From a bacterium (lineage in GTDB: Bacteria > Patescibacteriota > Minisyncoccia > Moranbacterales > UBA2206): DNA of 64,000 bases. The notes under the pieces were generated by a model. It saw only the letters and a list, made by a program, of their open reading frames with translations. It had not been told where the DNA came from and searched no databases. The position numbers were made by a program, and so were the translations under genes. Below, one piece after another: positions 7,985-16,088 of this stretch. Positions within the stretch are counted from its first letter, which is position 1. Each line of letters starts with the position of its first letter. The stretch covers positions 4,626 through 68,625 of the forward strand of contig JAKQLJ010000023.1 in NCBI GenBank assembly GCA_029567195.1. The letters are read 5' to 3'.

Positions 7985-8113
7985 TCAGTATTTATCGGGA
8001 TTTATAAAGTGGCCTTTGGGCCAGCGAAGACGCCAAATCAATTTACCGAATGACCATAAAAATACACCAAGCAAAATACCGGATAAAACACTGATAATTT
8101 TATAAAAATCCAT
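7985..8113 (-). CDS. Small (42 aa) membrane protein, absent from the ORF track
   Basis: On the minus strand, gaggaggatgaatATG gives a strong SD 6 nt upstream of the ATG. Product is MDFYKIISVLSGILLGVFLWSFGKLIWRLRWPKGHFINPDKY, with one hydrophobic helix. The stop is tga (tca at 7985-7987). Confidence 0.5.
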   Translation of the reverse strand: MDFYKIISVLSGILLGVFLWSFGKLIWRLRWPKGHFINPDKY

Positions 8114-8205
8114 ATTCATCCTCCTCTTTCAACGTGTGAATTTCTTTATAAAAACAAGGATTTAGCCTTTTGCCTTTTATTTAAGGAGCTAATACAATAT
8201 AGCAT

Positions 8206-10272
8206 ATGGCCAAAGAAAAGAAAAGTGACAAATTTATCATTGATGTCGTGCCTTTGACGCGCATTCCCCTGACCCGTAATCAGTCTTTTTCGTATTTAAA
8301 TGATAAAAAACTGGCGCCGGGAACTTTGGTGTCTGTCCCGCTTTTCAGAAGGAAATTGGAAGGGATAGTTTTAGGCTCAAGGAGCGATTTTCATAGGCTG
8401 GGAAATATCGAACTCAAAAAAATAGATAAAATCATAGAAGAAAATTTTTTGACCGAGGAACAAATGAAATTGGCACAGTTTATCTCCGACTATTATATTT
8501 CTCCGCTCGGAATAGTGATGAAGGGGTTTGTACCAAAACGTCAAAAAAGAATTAAGAATTATGAATTAAGAATCGAGAATAAAAAAAAGAACATTATTTT
8601 GACAGCTGAACAGCAGAACGCCGTAAATTTAATTTCAAATTTCAAATTTAAAATTTCAAATTTTCTTTTATATGGTCTTTCCGGATCGGGAAAAACGGAA
8701 GTATATATCCATTCGATTATAAAATTAAAAGAAAAAGAAAAAAACTTACAGTTTCTGGTGTTGGTTCCGGAACAAACATTGACGCCGCAAGCTATGGAAC
8801 GCTATGGGGCATATTTTAGCCCTGATGAAATGGTGCTTCTAAGCAGTAATGTTACAAAAGGCCAATATTGGTCAAACTGGCAGAAAATCAAATCGGGCGA
8901 AGCAAAGATAATAATCGGTACCAGAATGGCTGTTTTTGCGCCGTTTAAAAAATTAGGCATGGTTGTGATTGATGAAGAGCAGGATATGTCATATAAGCAA
9001 TGGGATATGAATCCGAGATATGATGCCAGGACTTTGGCTGAAAAAATGGGCGAACTGTACCAGTGTCCCGTGGTTTTCGGTTCGGCTACGCCGAGACTCG
9101 AAAGTTATTATAAAGCCATGAACAAAAATATTAAACTGGTTGAATTGCCCGAATTAGACTTGAAAAATGTTGATTCGCAATTAGTAATTAGTAATTTGGA
9201 AAAAAAGACATCCCGATTACCAATTACCAATAACCAATTACGTTCTATAGAGTTGGTGGATATGCGAAAAGAAAAATGGCAGAAGCCGAAAAATTATTCC
9301 TCTATTTCCAAAAAACTCCAAGGCGAAATTGCCTATGCTCTTAAAAACAAGCAACAAGCCGTTCTTTTCATTAATCGCCAAGGAATGAGCAATTTTTCCG
9401 TGTGTGAGAATTGCAAAACCGTGCTTAGGTGTCCGCGATGTGATCGGGCGCTTATCAAAAGCAACAAGGGAAATTACAAATGTGTTCATTGTGCCCATGA
9501 AACTTCCATTATTCCGGAATGTTCCAAATGTCATGGCATAGCCTTTAAAAACGTCGGACTGGGAACGCAAAAAGTAGAAAAAGAAATCAAAGATATTTTT
9601 CCGGGAGCGAAAATTTTACGCCTTGACAGCGAAGTGGCAAAAAAGAAAAACAGCCAAGAAGAAATTTATGAATCTTTTTCATCCGGTGCGGCGGATATTT
9701 TAATCGGGACACAGATGATTTCCAAGGGATGGGATTTGCCTAACGTTTCTTTAGTTGGTATTATAGATACAGATAATCTGTTTTCTATTCCGGATTTCAG
9801 CGCGGCTGAGAAAGCTTTTGATTATATTTTTCAAGTTTCCGGCAGAACAAGCCGACCTGATGCCAGATTTCCCGGCGTGGTGATCATTCAGACTTTTAAT
9901 CCGGAAAATAAAACAATAAAATGGGCGCAAAGTCGGGATTTTGAATCTTTTTTCAAAAAAGAATTGGAAGAAAGAAAAATTTTGTATCTTCCTCCGTACG
10001 GAAAAATTATTAAGCTCGTAATTCAAGATTTCAATTACAAAAAAGCGGCATCGGCGGCAAATGATGTTTTCAAGATGATTTGCAAACTGTCTTCCGAAAT
10101 TCAAGTGTCAGAACCTCAGGATGCATACGTATCAAAGATAAGAGGAAGATTTAAAAAACAAATCACAATAAAAATAAAATCAAAAAACAAAGCGGTTAAT
10201 AATTTGGTGAAAATATTGAAATCTCTTCCTAATGGGTGGATTATCGATGTTGATCCTATCAGTATTATATAA
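8206..10272 (+). CDS. priA: Primosomal protein N' (replication restart helicase)
   Basis: Walker A LSGSGKTEVY, DEEQD box, Cys-rich zinc motifs CENCKTVLRCPRCDRAL..YKCVHCAHE..CSKCHG, and helicase C motifs. Confidence 0.92.
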   Translation: MAKEKKSDKFIIDVVPLTRIPLTRNQSFSYLNDKKLAPGTLVSVPLFRRKLEGIVLGSRSDFHRLGNIELKKIDKIIEENFLTEEQMKLAQFISDYYISPLGIVMKGFVPKRQKRIKNYELRIENKKKNIILTAEQQNAVNLISNFKFKISNFLLYGLSGSGKTEVYIHSIIKLKEKEKNLQFLVLVPEQTLTPQAMERYGAYFSPDEMVLLSSNVTKGQYWSNWQKIKSGEAKIIIGTRMAVFAPFKKLGMVVIDEEQDMSYKQWDMNPRYDARTLAEKMGELYQCPVVFGSATPRLESYYKAMNKNIKLVELPELDLKNVDSQLVISNLEKKTSRLPITNNQLRSIELVDMRKEKWQKPKNYSSISKKLQGEIAYALKNKQQAVLFINRQGMSNFSVCENCKTVLRCPRCDRALIKSNKGNYKCVHCAHETSIIPECSKCHGIAFKNVGLGTQKVEKEIKDIFPGAKILRLDSEVAKKKNSQEEIYESFSSGAADILIGTQMISKGWDLPNVSLVGIIDTDNLFSIPDFSAAEKAFDYIFQVSGRTSRPDARFPGVVIIQTFNPENKTIKWAQSRDFESFFKKELEERKILYLPPYGKIIKLVIQDFNYKKAASAANDVFKMICKLSSEIQVSEPQDAYVSKIRGRFKKQITIKIKSKNKAVNNLVKILKSLPNGWIIDVDPISII
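8549..8580. repeat. Heptamer tandem array inside priA (block 1)
   Basis: gaattaa gaattat gaattaa gaatcga gaat, encoding NYELRIEN. Confidence 0.8.
8631..8665. repeat. Heptamer tandem array inside priA (block 2)
   Basis: aatttca aatttca aatttaa aatttca aattttc, encoding SNFKFKISNF. Confidence 0.85.
9178..9198. repeat. Heptamer tandem array inside priA (block 3)
   Basis: caattag taattag taatttg, encoding QLVISNL. Confidence 0.75.
9215..9241. repeat. Heptamer tandem array inside priA (block 4)
   Basis: gattacc aattacc aataacc aattac, encoding LPITNNQL. This is the same aattacc-type unit as in iscS 1201-1240 (LPITNY). Confidence 0.8.
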
Positions 10273-10275
10273 TTT

Positions 10276-10725
10276 ATGAACCTACCTATTCTTACCTATC
10301 CCAACGATATCCTAAGAAAAAAAGCTGAAGAAATTAAGGATCCTAAAGATCCGGAAATAAAACAGCTTATTTTAGATATGATTGAGACAATGGAAAAAAG
10401 CGGCAACGCTCTTGGTCTGGCGGCTCCTCAAGTGGGAAAAATGGTGCGTCTTTGCATTATTAAACTGGAAGGAAAAACCCATATCCTTGTTAATCCGGTG
10501 ATTAAATCAAAATCCATAAGAAAGGAAATGGCAGAAGAAGGTTGTCTTTCTTTTCCGGGAAAATTCATTCCCATTAAAAGATCTAAGAAAGTTACGGTAA
10601 AATTGGTTAACAGGCACGGAGAAAAAATTACTATCAAGGCTGAAGGACTCCTTGCCCGCGCTTTCCAGCACGAAATTGATCATCTGGACGGCTTGCTTAT
10701 TATTGACAAGGAAAATAAAAATTAA
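10276..10725 (+). CDS. def: Peptide deformylase
   Basis: Motifs GLAAPQVG, EGCLSFPG and QHEIDHLDG. Confidence 0.95.
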   Translation: MNLPILTYPNDILRKKAEEIKDPKDPEIKQLILDMIETMEKSGNALGLAAPQVGKMVRLCIIKLEGKTHILVNPVIKSKSIRKEMAEEGCLSFPGKFIPIKRSKKVTVKLVNRHGEKITIKAEGLLARAFQHEIDHLDGLLIIDKENKN

Positions 10726-10736
10726 TTTATCCAAAA

Positions 10737-11699
10737 ATGAACAAAGATCCTTTGAAAATAAGTATTGTCTTCATGGGCACGTCGTCTTTTGCAGAAACGA
10801 TTTTGCGTTCATTGGTTTCGTCTAAATATAATGTTAAGGCTGTTTATACCCAGGGGGATAAAAAAACCGGCAGAAACCAAGAAATTGGCCAGTCGCCGGT
10901 TAAAATAACTGCCGAAGGTTATAAAATACCCGTTTTGGAGCCGAAAAATTTTGATGAAATCGCAACGGCTGAACTGGAATCATTGAATCCGGATTTAATC
11001 ATCGTGGCCGCTTATGGCAAAATTTTACCCAGAAAAATTTTAGAGATTCCTCAATTCGGCTCTATCAATGTTCACGCTTCCATCTTGCCAAAATTTCGCG
11101 GACCGTCTCCTATCCAAAACGCCCTTCTTTATGGTGAAAAGGAAACAGGCGTTACTTTTATGCTGATGGATGAAGGAATAGACACCGGGGATATTTTGTT
11201 TCAGGAAGAAATAAAAATCGGAAAAGATGATACTTATCCGGAATTGTCCCAAAAATTAGCCGAAGCTTCTTCCCGATTAATTTTGGAAGTTATCCCTCAA
11301 TGGATAGAGAAAAAGATAAAACCTCAGAGTCAGGATAATTCAAAGGCGACGATTTGCCAGCTTATCGAAAGACAGGATGGTAAAGTAAATTGGGACAGTG
11401 AAGCGCAGGAAATTTATAATCGCTACCGGGCTTTTTATCCTTGGCCGGGAATTTACACCTTTTGGAAAAGGAAGGATTCATATTTGAGGCTTAAGCTTAA
11501 TAAGATAAGCCATATTGCTTCTAATCCCGAATCAAAACATCACCTTGGAGAAGTTTTTTCCGTTAGCGACAAGATAGGCGTGCAAACTGCAGAAGGGTTG
11601 ATTATCATTGAAGAATTGCAGATGGAAGGAAAACCCAATTCTAAAGTAAATGATTTTATCAATGGCTATTCTGACTTTGTCGGTGCGTTATTAAAATAA
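10737..11699 (+). CDS. fmt: Methionyl-tRNA formyltransferase
   Basis: N-terminal FMGT fold, the INVHASILPKFRGPSPIQ motif, and its position next to def. Confidence 0.92.
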   Translation: MNKDPLKISIVFMGTSSFAETILRSLVSSKYNVKAVYTQGDKKTGRNQEIGQSPVKITAEGYKIPVLEPKNFDEIATAELESLNPDLIIVAAYGKILPRKILEIPQFGSINVHASILPKFRGPSPIQNALLYGEKETGVTFMLMDEGIDTGDILFQEEIKIGKDDTYPELSQKLAEASSRLILEVIPQWIEKKIKPQSQDNSKATICQLIERQDGKVNWDSEAQEIYNRYRAFYPWPGIYTFWKRKDSYLRLKLNKISHIASNPESKHHLGEVFSVSDKIGVQTAEGLIIIEELQMEGKPNSKVNDFINGYSDFVGALLK

Positions 11700-11703
11700 A
11701 AAA

Positions 11704-12531
11704 ATGAAAAAAAGATCAGCCGATTCCAGCAATATGCTTCCTATATTTATAGGCCTTTTTTTGATAATTTTAGTTATCATCATAAGCTTTGCCCGCCCTT
11801 ACATCTTTCCTTCCAAAGAAGAAGTGGTTGTCAAAAAAACAAGTGGCACGGGAGAAAAAGAAAATAAATCAAAACAGATTCTCAGCAAAGACTTGGCGGA
11901 TAAGATTGCTAAAAATGAAGAACTGACCGTAATCGACATAAGGGATATGGAAACTTTTTATGCCGAGCACATAATCGATTCTCTTAATGTTCCCTCTTCC
12001 GATTTGGCGGAAGCCATTGCCAGTTTGGACAAAAATAAAACATATGTTTTTGTTGACGACGTTCAGGATCCGCAAATTTCCGAGTTGGTGGGAAAGGTGT
12101 TGCCGGAAAACGGGATAAACAATGCCTATTATTTGGTAGGCGGATTTTATGCCTGGAGAAATCAGGGCAATCGCACCATTTCTGACGGCGATCCGACATC
12201 TTTTACCGAACAGTCCAAGGTCAAATACATCAAGACCGACGATTTGAAAAAGATGCTGGATGAAAATCAGGATATTTATATTATTGATGTCAGAAAACCA
12301 AATGCTTTTTCCGAAGGACATATCAAAAATGCGGTAAATATTTTTCTGAATGATTTGGAAAAAAAGAGAAACGATCTTCCGATGGGAAAGAAAATAGTCG
12401 TTTATGACAATGACGGACTTTGGGCTTTCAAGGCCGCCACTCGCCTTTTTGATCTGGGAGTGTTCAATGTGGTGGCTCTTTCAGACGGGTTCAACGCCTG
12501 GAAAGAAAAGCAGTGGGAAGTGGTAAAATAA
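11704..12531 (+). CDS. Membrane-anchored tandem rhodanese-domain protein
   Basis: N-terminal TM helix followed by two rhodanese-like modules (VIDIRD..EHI..S.N.P ... GGFYAWRNQG and IIDVRKPNAFSEGHIKNAVN ... GFNAWKEK). Confidence 0.75.
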   Translation: MKKRSADSSNMLPIFIGLFLIILVIIISFARPYIFPSKEEVVVKKTSGTGEKENKSKQILSKDLADKIAKNEELTVIDIRDMETFYAEHIIDSLNVPSSDLAEAIASLDKNKTYVFVDDVQDPQISELVGKVLPENGINNAYYLVGGFYAWRNQGNRTISDGDPTSFTEQSKVKYIKTDDLKKMLDENQDIYIIDVRKPNAFSEGHIKNAVNIFLNDLEKKRNDLPMGKKIVVYDNDGLWAFKAATRLFDLGVFNVVALSDGFNAWKEKQWEVVK

Positions 12532-12565
12532 TTTTTTATTATTCAAATTATTTTTTTAAAAAATA

Positions 12566-12601
12566 AAAAACCTCTCCGTTTAGTCGGGAGAGATTTTTTT
12601 A
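12566..12601. terminator. Bidirectional intrinsic terminator
   Basis: aaaaaacctctcc-gtttagtcg-ggagagattttttt lies between the convergent rhodanese gene and groES. Confidence 0.75.
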
Positions 12602-12615
12602 TTTTCGAAAGATTC

Positions 12616-12897
12616 TTATTCTACAACAGCCAAGATGTCTTCATTTTTCAAAATAATATAATCTTTTTCCTCAATTTTTATTTCTGATCCGCTATATTTG
12701 GCAAATATTATCTTTTGTCCCTTTTTCACCTTTATTTTGTTGCTGTCGCCAATGCCTATCACTTTTCCCTGCTGAGGCCGGTCAGGAGTGGCTGTTTCCG
12801 GAAGAACCAAGCCGGATTTGGTTTTAGTTTGCTCTTTTACGGTTTCAACCAGAACATTTTCTCCCAAAGGACGGATTTTTTGCGCTTCTTTTTTCAT
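12616..12897 (-). CDS. groES: Co-chaperonin GroES (10 kDa)
   Basis: IRPLGENVLVE...SGLVLPE...GKVIGIG...KYSGSEIKIEEKDYIIL..EDILAVVE. Confidence 0.92.
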   Translation of the reverse strand: MKKEAQKIRPLGENVLVETVKEQTKTKSGLVLPETATPDRPQQGKVIGIGDSNKIKVKKGQKIIFAKYSGSEIKIEEKDYIILKNEDILAVVE

Positions 12898-12956
12898 ATT
12901 TTTATACTTTCCTAAAAACTTTGCAAAATTCGGCTTTTAGGATTATTTAAAAATTA

Positions 12957-13673
12957 TTAATTATTTTGTGGTGGGCAATCTCGACCATTAGCATCAAGAT
13001 TGATATAAGAATAAAGGAAAATGGCCTGAGAAGCAAAAACTTTCAATATTTCCACATTTTTTGGATTTTTTTCCTCATTTTCATCATAATCGCTGATAAT
13101 CAGAAATCCCCGAATGTTATTAATTTTTTGGGAAGTGGCAATGACTATATAACCTTTGTTCTTTTTTACGGTTTTATCATCACCCAACTCGATAAGCTCT
13201 TCATTTTTAACCAAGTGATGCTTCCCATCCATTTTTATCTCTTTGGTTGTTCTTCCGTTTTTAATGTTGATGAATCTTAAACAGGTGCTTTCGGCTTTAA
13301 GCAGGAAATTGGCGGCAGTTATTATGGATTCGTATATTTCTCTTTCTCTTTTTTTGCTGAGAATTGACCGATCAGAAAGACCAAGGGCTATATTCATTAG
13401 CATATCCATCTTGCGGTTTACCTCCCCGATGTAGCTGTAAGATTCTACCAAATCCTTTACGGTCTGGTCAATCCGCTTCTGGTCTCTTTCTCGCGCTTTT
13501 CGATGAAAGATCAGTTGAAGCTCGTTTCTGATAAAAACCAAAAAAGCCAAGCCGCCCATTAAAAAAATAGCCACCTCTTCTGCCCGCTCTTCCGCCAGGA
13601 AATTTACATCCCCCCGGATTATATCGGGAATCAGAACCGCTATTATGAATATTATAAGAAAAATCCAATACAT
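12957..13673 (-). CDS. Hypothetical membrane protein (two N-terminal TM helices plus a cytoplasmic domain)
   Basis: The ORF has hydrophobic N-terminal segments. No family was recognised. Confidence 0.5.
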   Translation of the reverse strand: MYWIFLIIFIIAVLIPDIIRGDVNFLAEERAEEVAIFLMGGLAFLVFIRNELQLIFHRKARERDQKRIDQTVKDLVESYSYIGEVNRKMDMLMNIALGLSDRSILSKKREREIYESIITAANFLLKAESTCLRFINIKNGRTTKEIKMDGKHHLVKNEELIELGDDKTVKKNKGYIVIATSQKINNIRGFLIISDYDENEEKNPKNVEILKVFASQAIFLYSYINLDANGRDCPPQNN

Positions 13674-13687
13674 ATCTCCTTTTCTGT

Positions 13688-13915
13688 TTAGTTATTTTGC
13701 GGAATTTCGGCTATCTGAACTTTCCTTTTTTTGGAAAACAAAAATATATAAAGAATCTCCAGTATGCCTAATGTGTTTATAATCAGCATAACTATAAACC
13801 AAATCCTTTCTCCTCTTCTGGCGGAGCGCCAAAGAGCCACTCCTTTCCATGGAATAGTCCAAAGAACAGCCAAAATTATAATATAAAAATCATTACCTGT
13901 CATTATTGTTTGCAA
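13688..13915 (-). CDS. Small two-TM membrane protein
   Basis: WTIPWKGVALWRSARRGERIWFIVMLIINTLGILEILYIF. The start is either the TTG at 13915 or the ATG at 13903. Confidence 0.55.
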   Translation of the reverse strand: MQTIMTGNDFYIIILAVLWTIPWKGVALWRSARRGERIWFIVMLIINTLGILEILYIFLFSKKRKVQIAEIPQNN

Positions 13916-14290
13916 TTATTTCTTTAGGATATCTAAAATTTTATCGATCTTATCTTTTTCCAGTTTTTCGATCTGGGCTTGTATCTGCTCAATTTCTCTT
14001 TCCGCTTTCCTGTCGGTAGACAGGTCTATTTCAAACTTTTTTCTATCCCGCTCGGCTGCCCTATTTTGGCTCATAAGAATGATGGGGGCAGTATAAGCCG
14101 ATTGAACGCCAAGTACTAAATTAAGAAGGATGAAAGGATATGGATCCCAATGGTCGATTATGGCAATGATATTAAAAATCACCCAAGTGATGACAATAGC
14201 GCTTTGAATGAGTATAAACTTCCAACTGCCGACAATTTCAGCTATTCTGTCGGCGGCCAGCTGTCCTTTTGTTGGTTTGTTGTTTCCCAT
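13916..14290 (-). CDS. DUF1003-family membrane protein
   Basis: ADRIAEIVGSWKFI...DPYPFILLNLVLGVQSAYTAPIILMSQNRAAERDR is the typical DUF1003 core. Confidence 0.75.
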   Translation of the reverse strand: MGNNKPTKGQLAADRIAEIVGSWKFILIQSAIVITWVIFNIIAIIDHWDPYPFILLNLVLGVQSAYTAPIILMSQNRAAERDRKKFEIDLSTDRKAEREIEQIQAQIEKLEKDKIDKILDILKK

Positions 14291-14330
14291 AAATCTATTA
14301 TAACATCACTGATAAAAATTTCAAACAACT

Positions 14331-15290
14331 TTATTTTTCAGTTAATTTTATAAAAATTGATTTTATTTTTTCCAGACTTTCCCAATCATGGATGGAAGAA
14401 ATAAAAATGTCGCGGTTGATTTTTTTCATCTCCTTTTCTTTTTTGACTATTTCTTTCGGATTTATAGTGTCTGATTTGGTGAGAATGATAATTTCCTTTT
14501 TTTTGCCGAGTTCGGCGCTGTATTCCTCAAGTTCCCGCCTGATGGTTTCGTAATCTTTTTTTAGATCAGATGCTTCCAGGCTTATGCAATGGGCTAATAT
14601 TTTTGTCCTCTGGATGTGGCGTAAAAATTTTATTCCCAATCCTTTTCCCAAGGAGGCTCCTTCAATAAGGCCGGGAATATCGGCGATAATTATATTCTCC
14701 AGAGTTCCTAAATTTGGCTCAAGCGTAGTGAATGGATAGCCGGCTACCCGAACGTCAGCTTTGGTCAGTTCATTTAAAAGACTGGATTTTCCGGCGTTAG
14801 GCAAACCGATAAGTCCGATATCGGCAATAAGGCGTAGTTCCAAAACGAAATTAAAAGCTTCTCCCGACTTTCCTTTTTCAAATTCCTTGGGCGTAGTGTT
14901 TGTTGAAGAGCGGAAATAAAAATTTCCTCTTCCGCCAATGCCGCCCTTGGCCGCCAAAACCCGTTGTCCTACTTTTGTTATGTCGATCTTTTTTCCAGTT
15001 TCCAAATTATGGGCCAAAGTGCCGATAGGGACGGCGAGAATGATATCTTTTCCGTTGTATCCGTCTTTCCTGTCGCTTTTTCCTTTTTGCCCGTCTTGGG
15101 CCCAGTGTTCTTTTTTGTGCCTGTATTTGTTAAGTGCGGCCAGATTGGAAACACCTTCAAAATAGACGTTGCCGCCGTTTCCGCCTCTTCCGCCGGTAGG
15201 ACCAAGACTCATTTTTATCTTATCGAAGGTGACGATGCCGTCTCCCCCTTTTCCGGCCATTATTTTAATTTTTGCTTCATCGGTCAGCAT
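14331..15290 (-). CDS. obg: GTPase Obg/CgtA (short form)
   Basis: Gly-rich Obg fold GGDGIVTF..GGRGGNGGNVYF, G1 motif GLPNAGKSSLLN, and DIPGLIEGA. Confidence 0.92.
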   Translation of the reverse strand: MLTDEAKIKIMAGKGGDGIVTFDKIKMSLGPTGGRGGNGGNVYFEGVSNLAALNKYRHKKEHWAQDGQKGKSDRKDGYNGKDIILAVPIGTLAHNLETGKKIDITKVGQRVLAAKGGIGGRGNFYFRSSTNTTPKEFEKGKSGEAFNFVLELRLIADIGLIGLPNAGKSSLLNELTKADVRVAGYPFTTLEPNLGTLENIIIADIPGLIEGASLGKGLGIKFLRHIQRTKILAHCISLEASDLKKDYETIRRELEEYSAELGKKKEIIILTKSDTINPKEIVKKEKEMKKINRDIFISSIHDWESLEKIKSIFIKLTEK

Positions 15291-15402
15291 AAAAATAAAT
15301 CAAAAAATTAGCATCTAAAAATCAAAATTACAAAAATTAAGATTTTAAAGTAGTTTTATCATAATAAAACAAATAAAATAAGATGTCAATGATTTGTAAA
15401 AT

Positions 15403-15445
15403 AAAAAAAATCCAGACAATTGTCGTCGAGGCGACAGTTGTCTGG
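15403..15445 (-). terminator. Intrinsic terminator
   Basis: The minus strand reads ccagacaactgtcg-cctcga-cgacaattgtctgg followed by ttttttttat. Confidence 0.8.
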
Positions 15446-15453
15446 AGTTTAGC

Positions 15454-15624
15454 CTATCCGGCGTGGCAGTGATTCGACACTTTCTTGGTAGCATCTTCAT
15501 CTAGCAGGGATGCTCCACACTGGTCGCAACATTTGCCGTTGGTGTGGATTCCATTAAGTTTCCATTTTCCTGTCTTTGGACAAAAACAGAGATCTCCATT
15601 AAAACGGTGAACATCATCTTTCAT
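15454..15624 (-). CDS. Small Cys/His-rich protein (56 aa), G+C-richer than its neighbours
   Basis: aaggagcgaccaATG supplies the SD. Product is MKDDVHRFNGDLCFCPKTGKWKLNGIHTNGKCCDQCGASLLDEDATKKVSNHCHAG. It has its own strong terminator. Confidence 0.55.
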   Translation of the reverse strand: MKDDVHRFNGDLCFCPKTGKWKLNGIHTNGKCCDQCGASLLDEDATKKVSNHCHAG

Positions 15625-15694
15625 TGGTCGCTCCTTTTTGATCAATGGTTTACTCGCTTTTTCAAAAAAGCAGATATTTAATTATTTTTATTAC

Positions 15695-15943
15695 CTATTT
15701 TTCGCCTTTTTCCGGCACCGGATCGTATCCCCCGTCATTCCAAGGGTGGCATCGGGCAATTCTTTTCAGTCCCAGCCAGCCGCCCTTTAGGGCGCCAAAA
15801 CGATTGATGGCTTCATAGGTATATTGACTGCAACTCGGGTGAAATCGGCAAAACCTTTCCGAAGTTATATAAGACAAAGGGCCATGATCAAGCGACAGTG
15901 TTTTCTGATATATCTTAATTAGAGCCAACAAAATCTTTTTCAT
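15695..15943 (-). CDS. yidD: Membrane protein insertion efficiency factor YidD
   Basis: [33 protein letters not shown]. Confidence 0.9.
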   Translation of the reverse strand: MKKILLALIKIYQKTLSLDHGPLSYITSERFCRFHPSCSQYTYEAINRFGALKGGWLGLKRIARCHPWNDGGYDPVPEKGEK

Positions 15944-16088
15944 AAATGCCTATAATTAGTCTATTTAAATACACTATTTCTTTTTTGTCAAATAAAAATA
16001 ATCCTGATATAATAAGGCTATAAAAATAAAGATAAAAAAATCGTCACGATTTAAAGCGGTTTTAATTCGTGATTATTTGCTAATTGTT

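Noticed and set aside
8549-9241. Short tandem repeats considered as a possible CRISPR or other spaced-repeat array.
   Set aside because: The units are 7 nt, contiguous with no spacers, and lie inside coding sequence. No cas genes or 25-40-nt repeats with unique spacers occur anywhere in the window.
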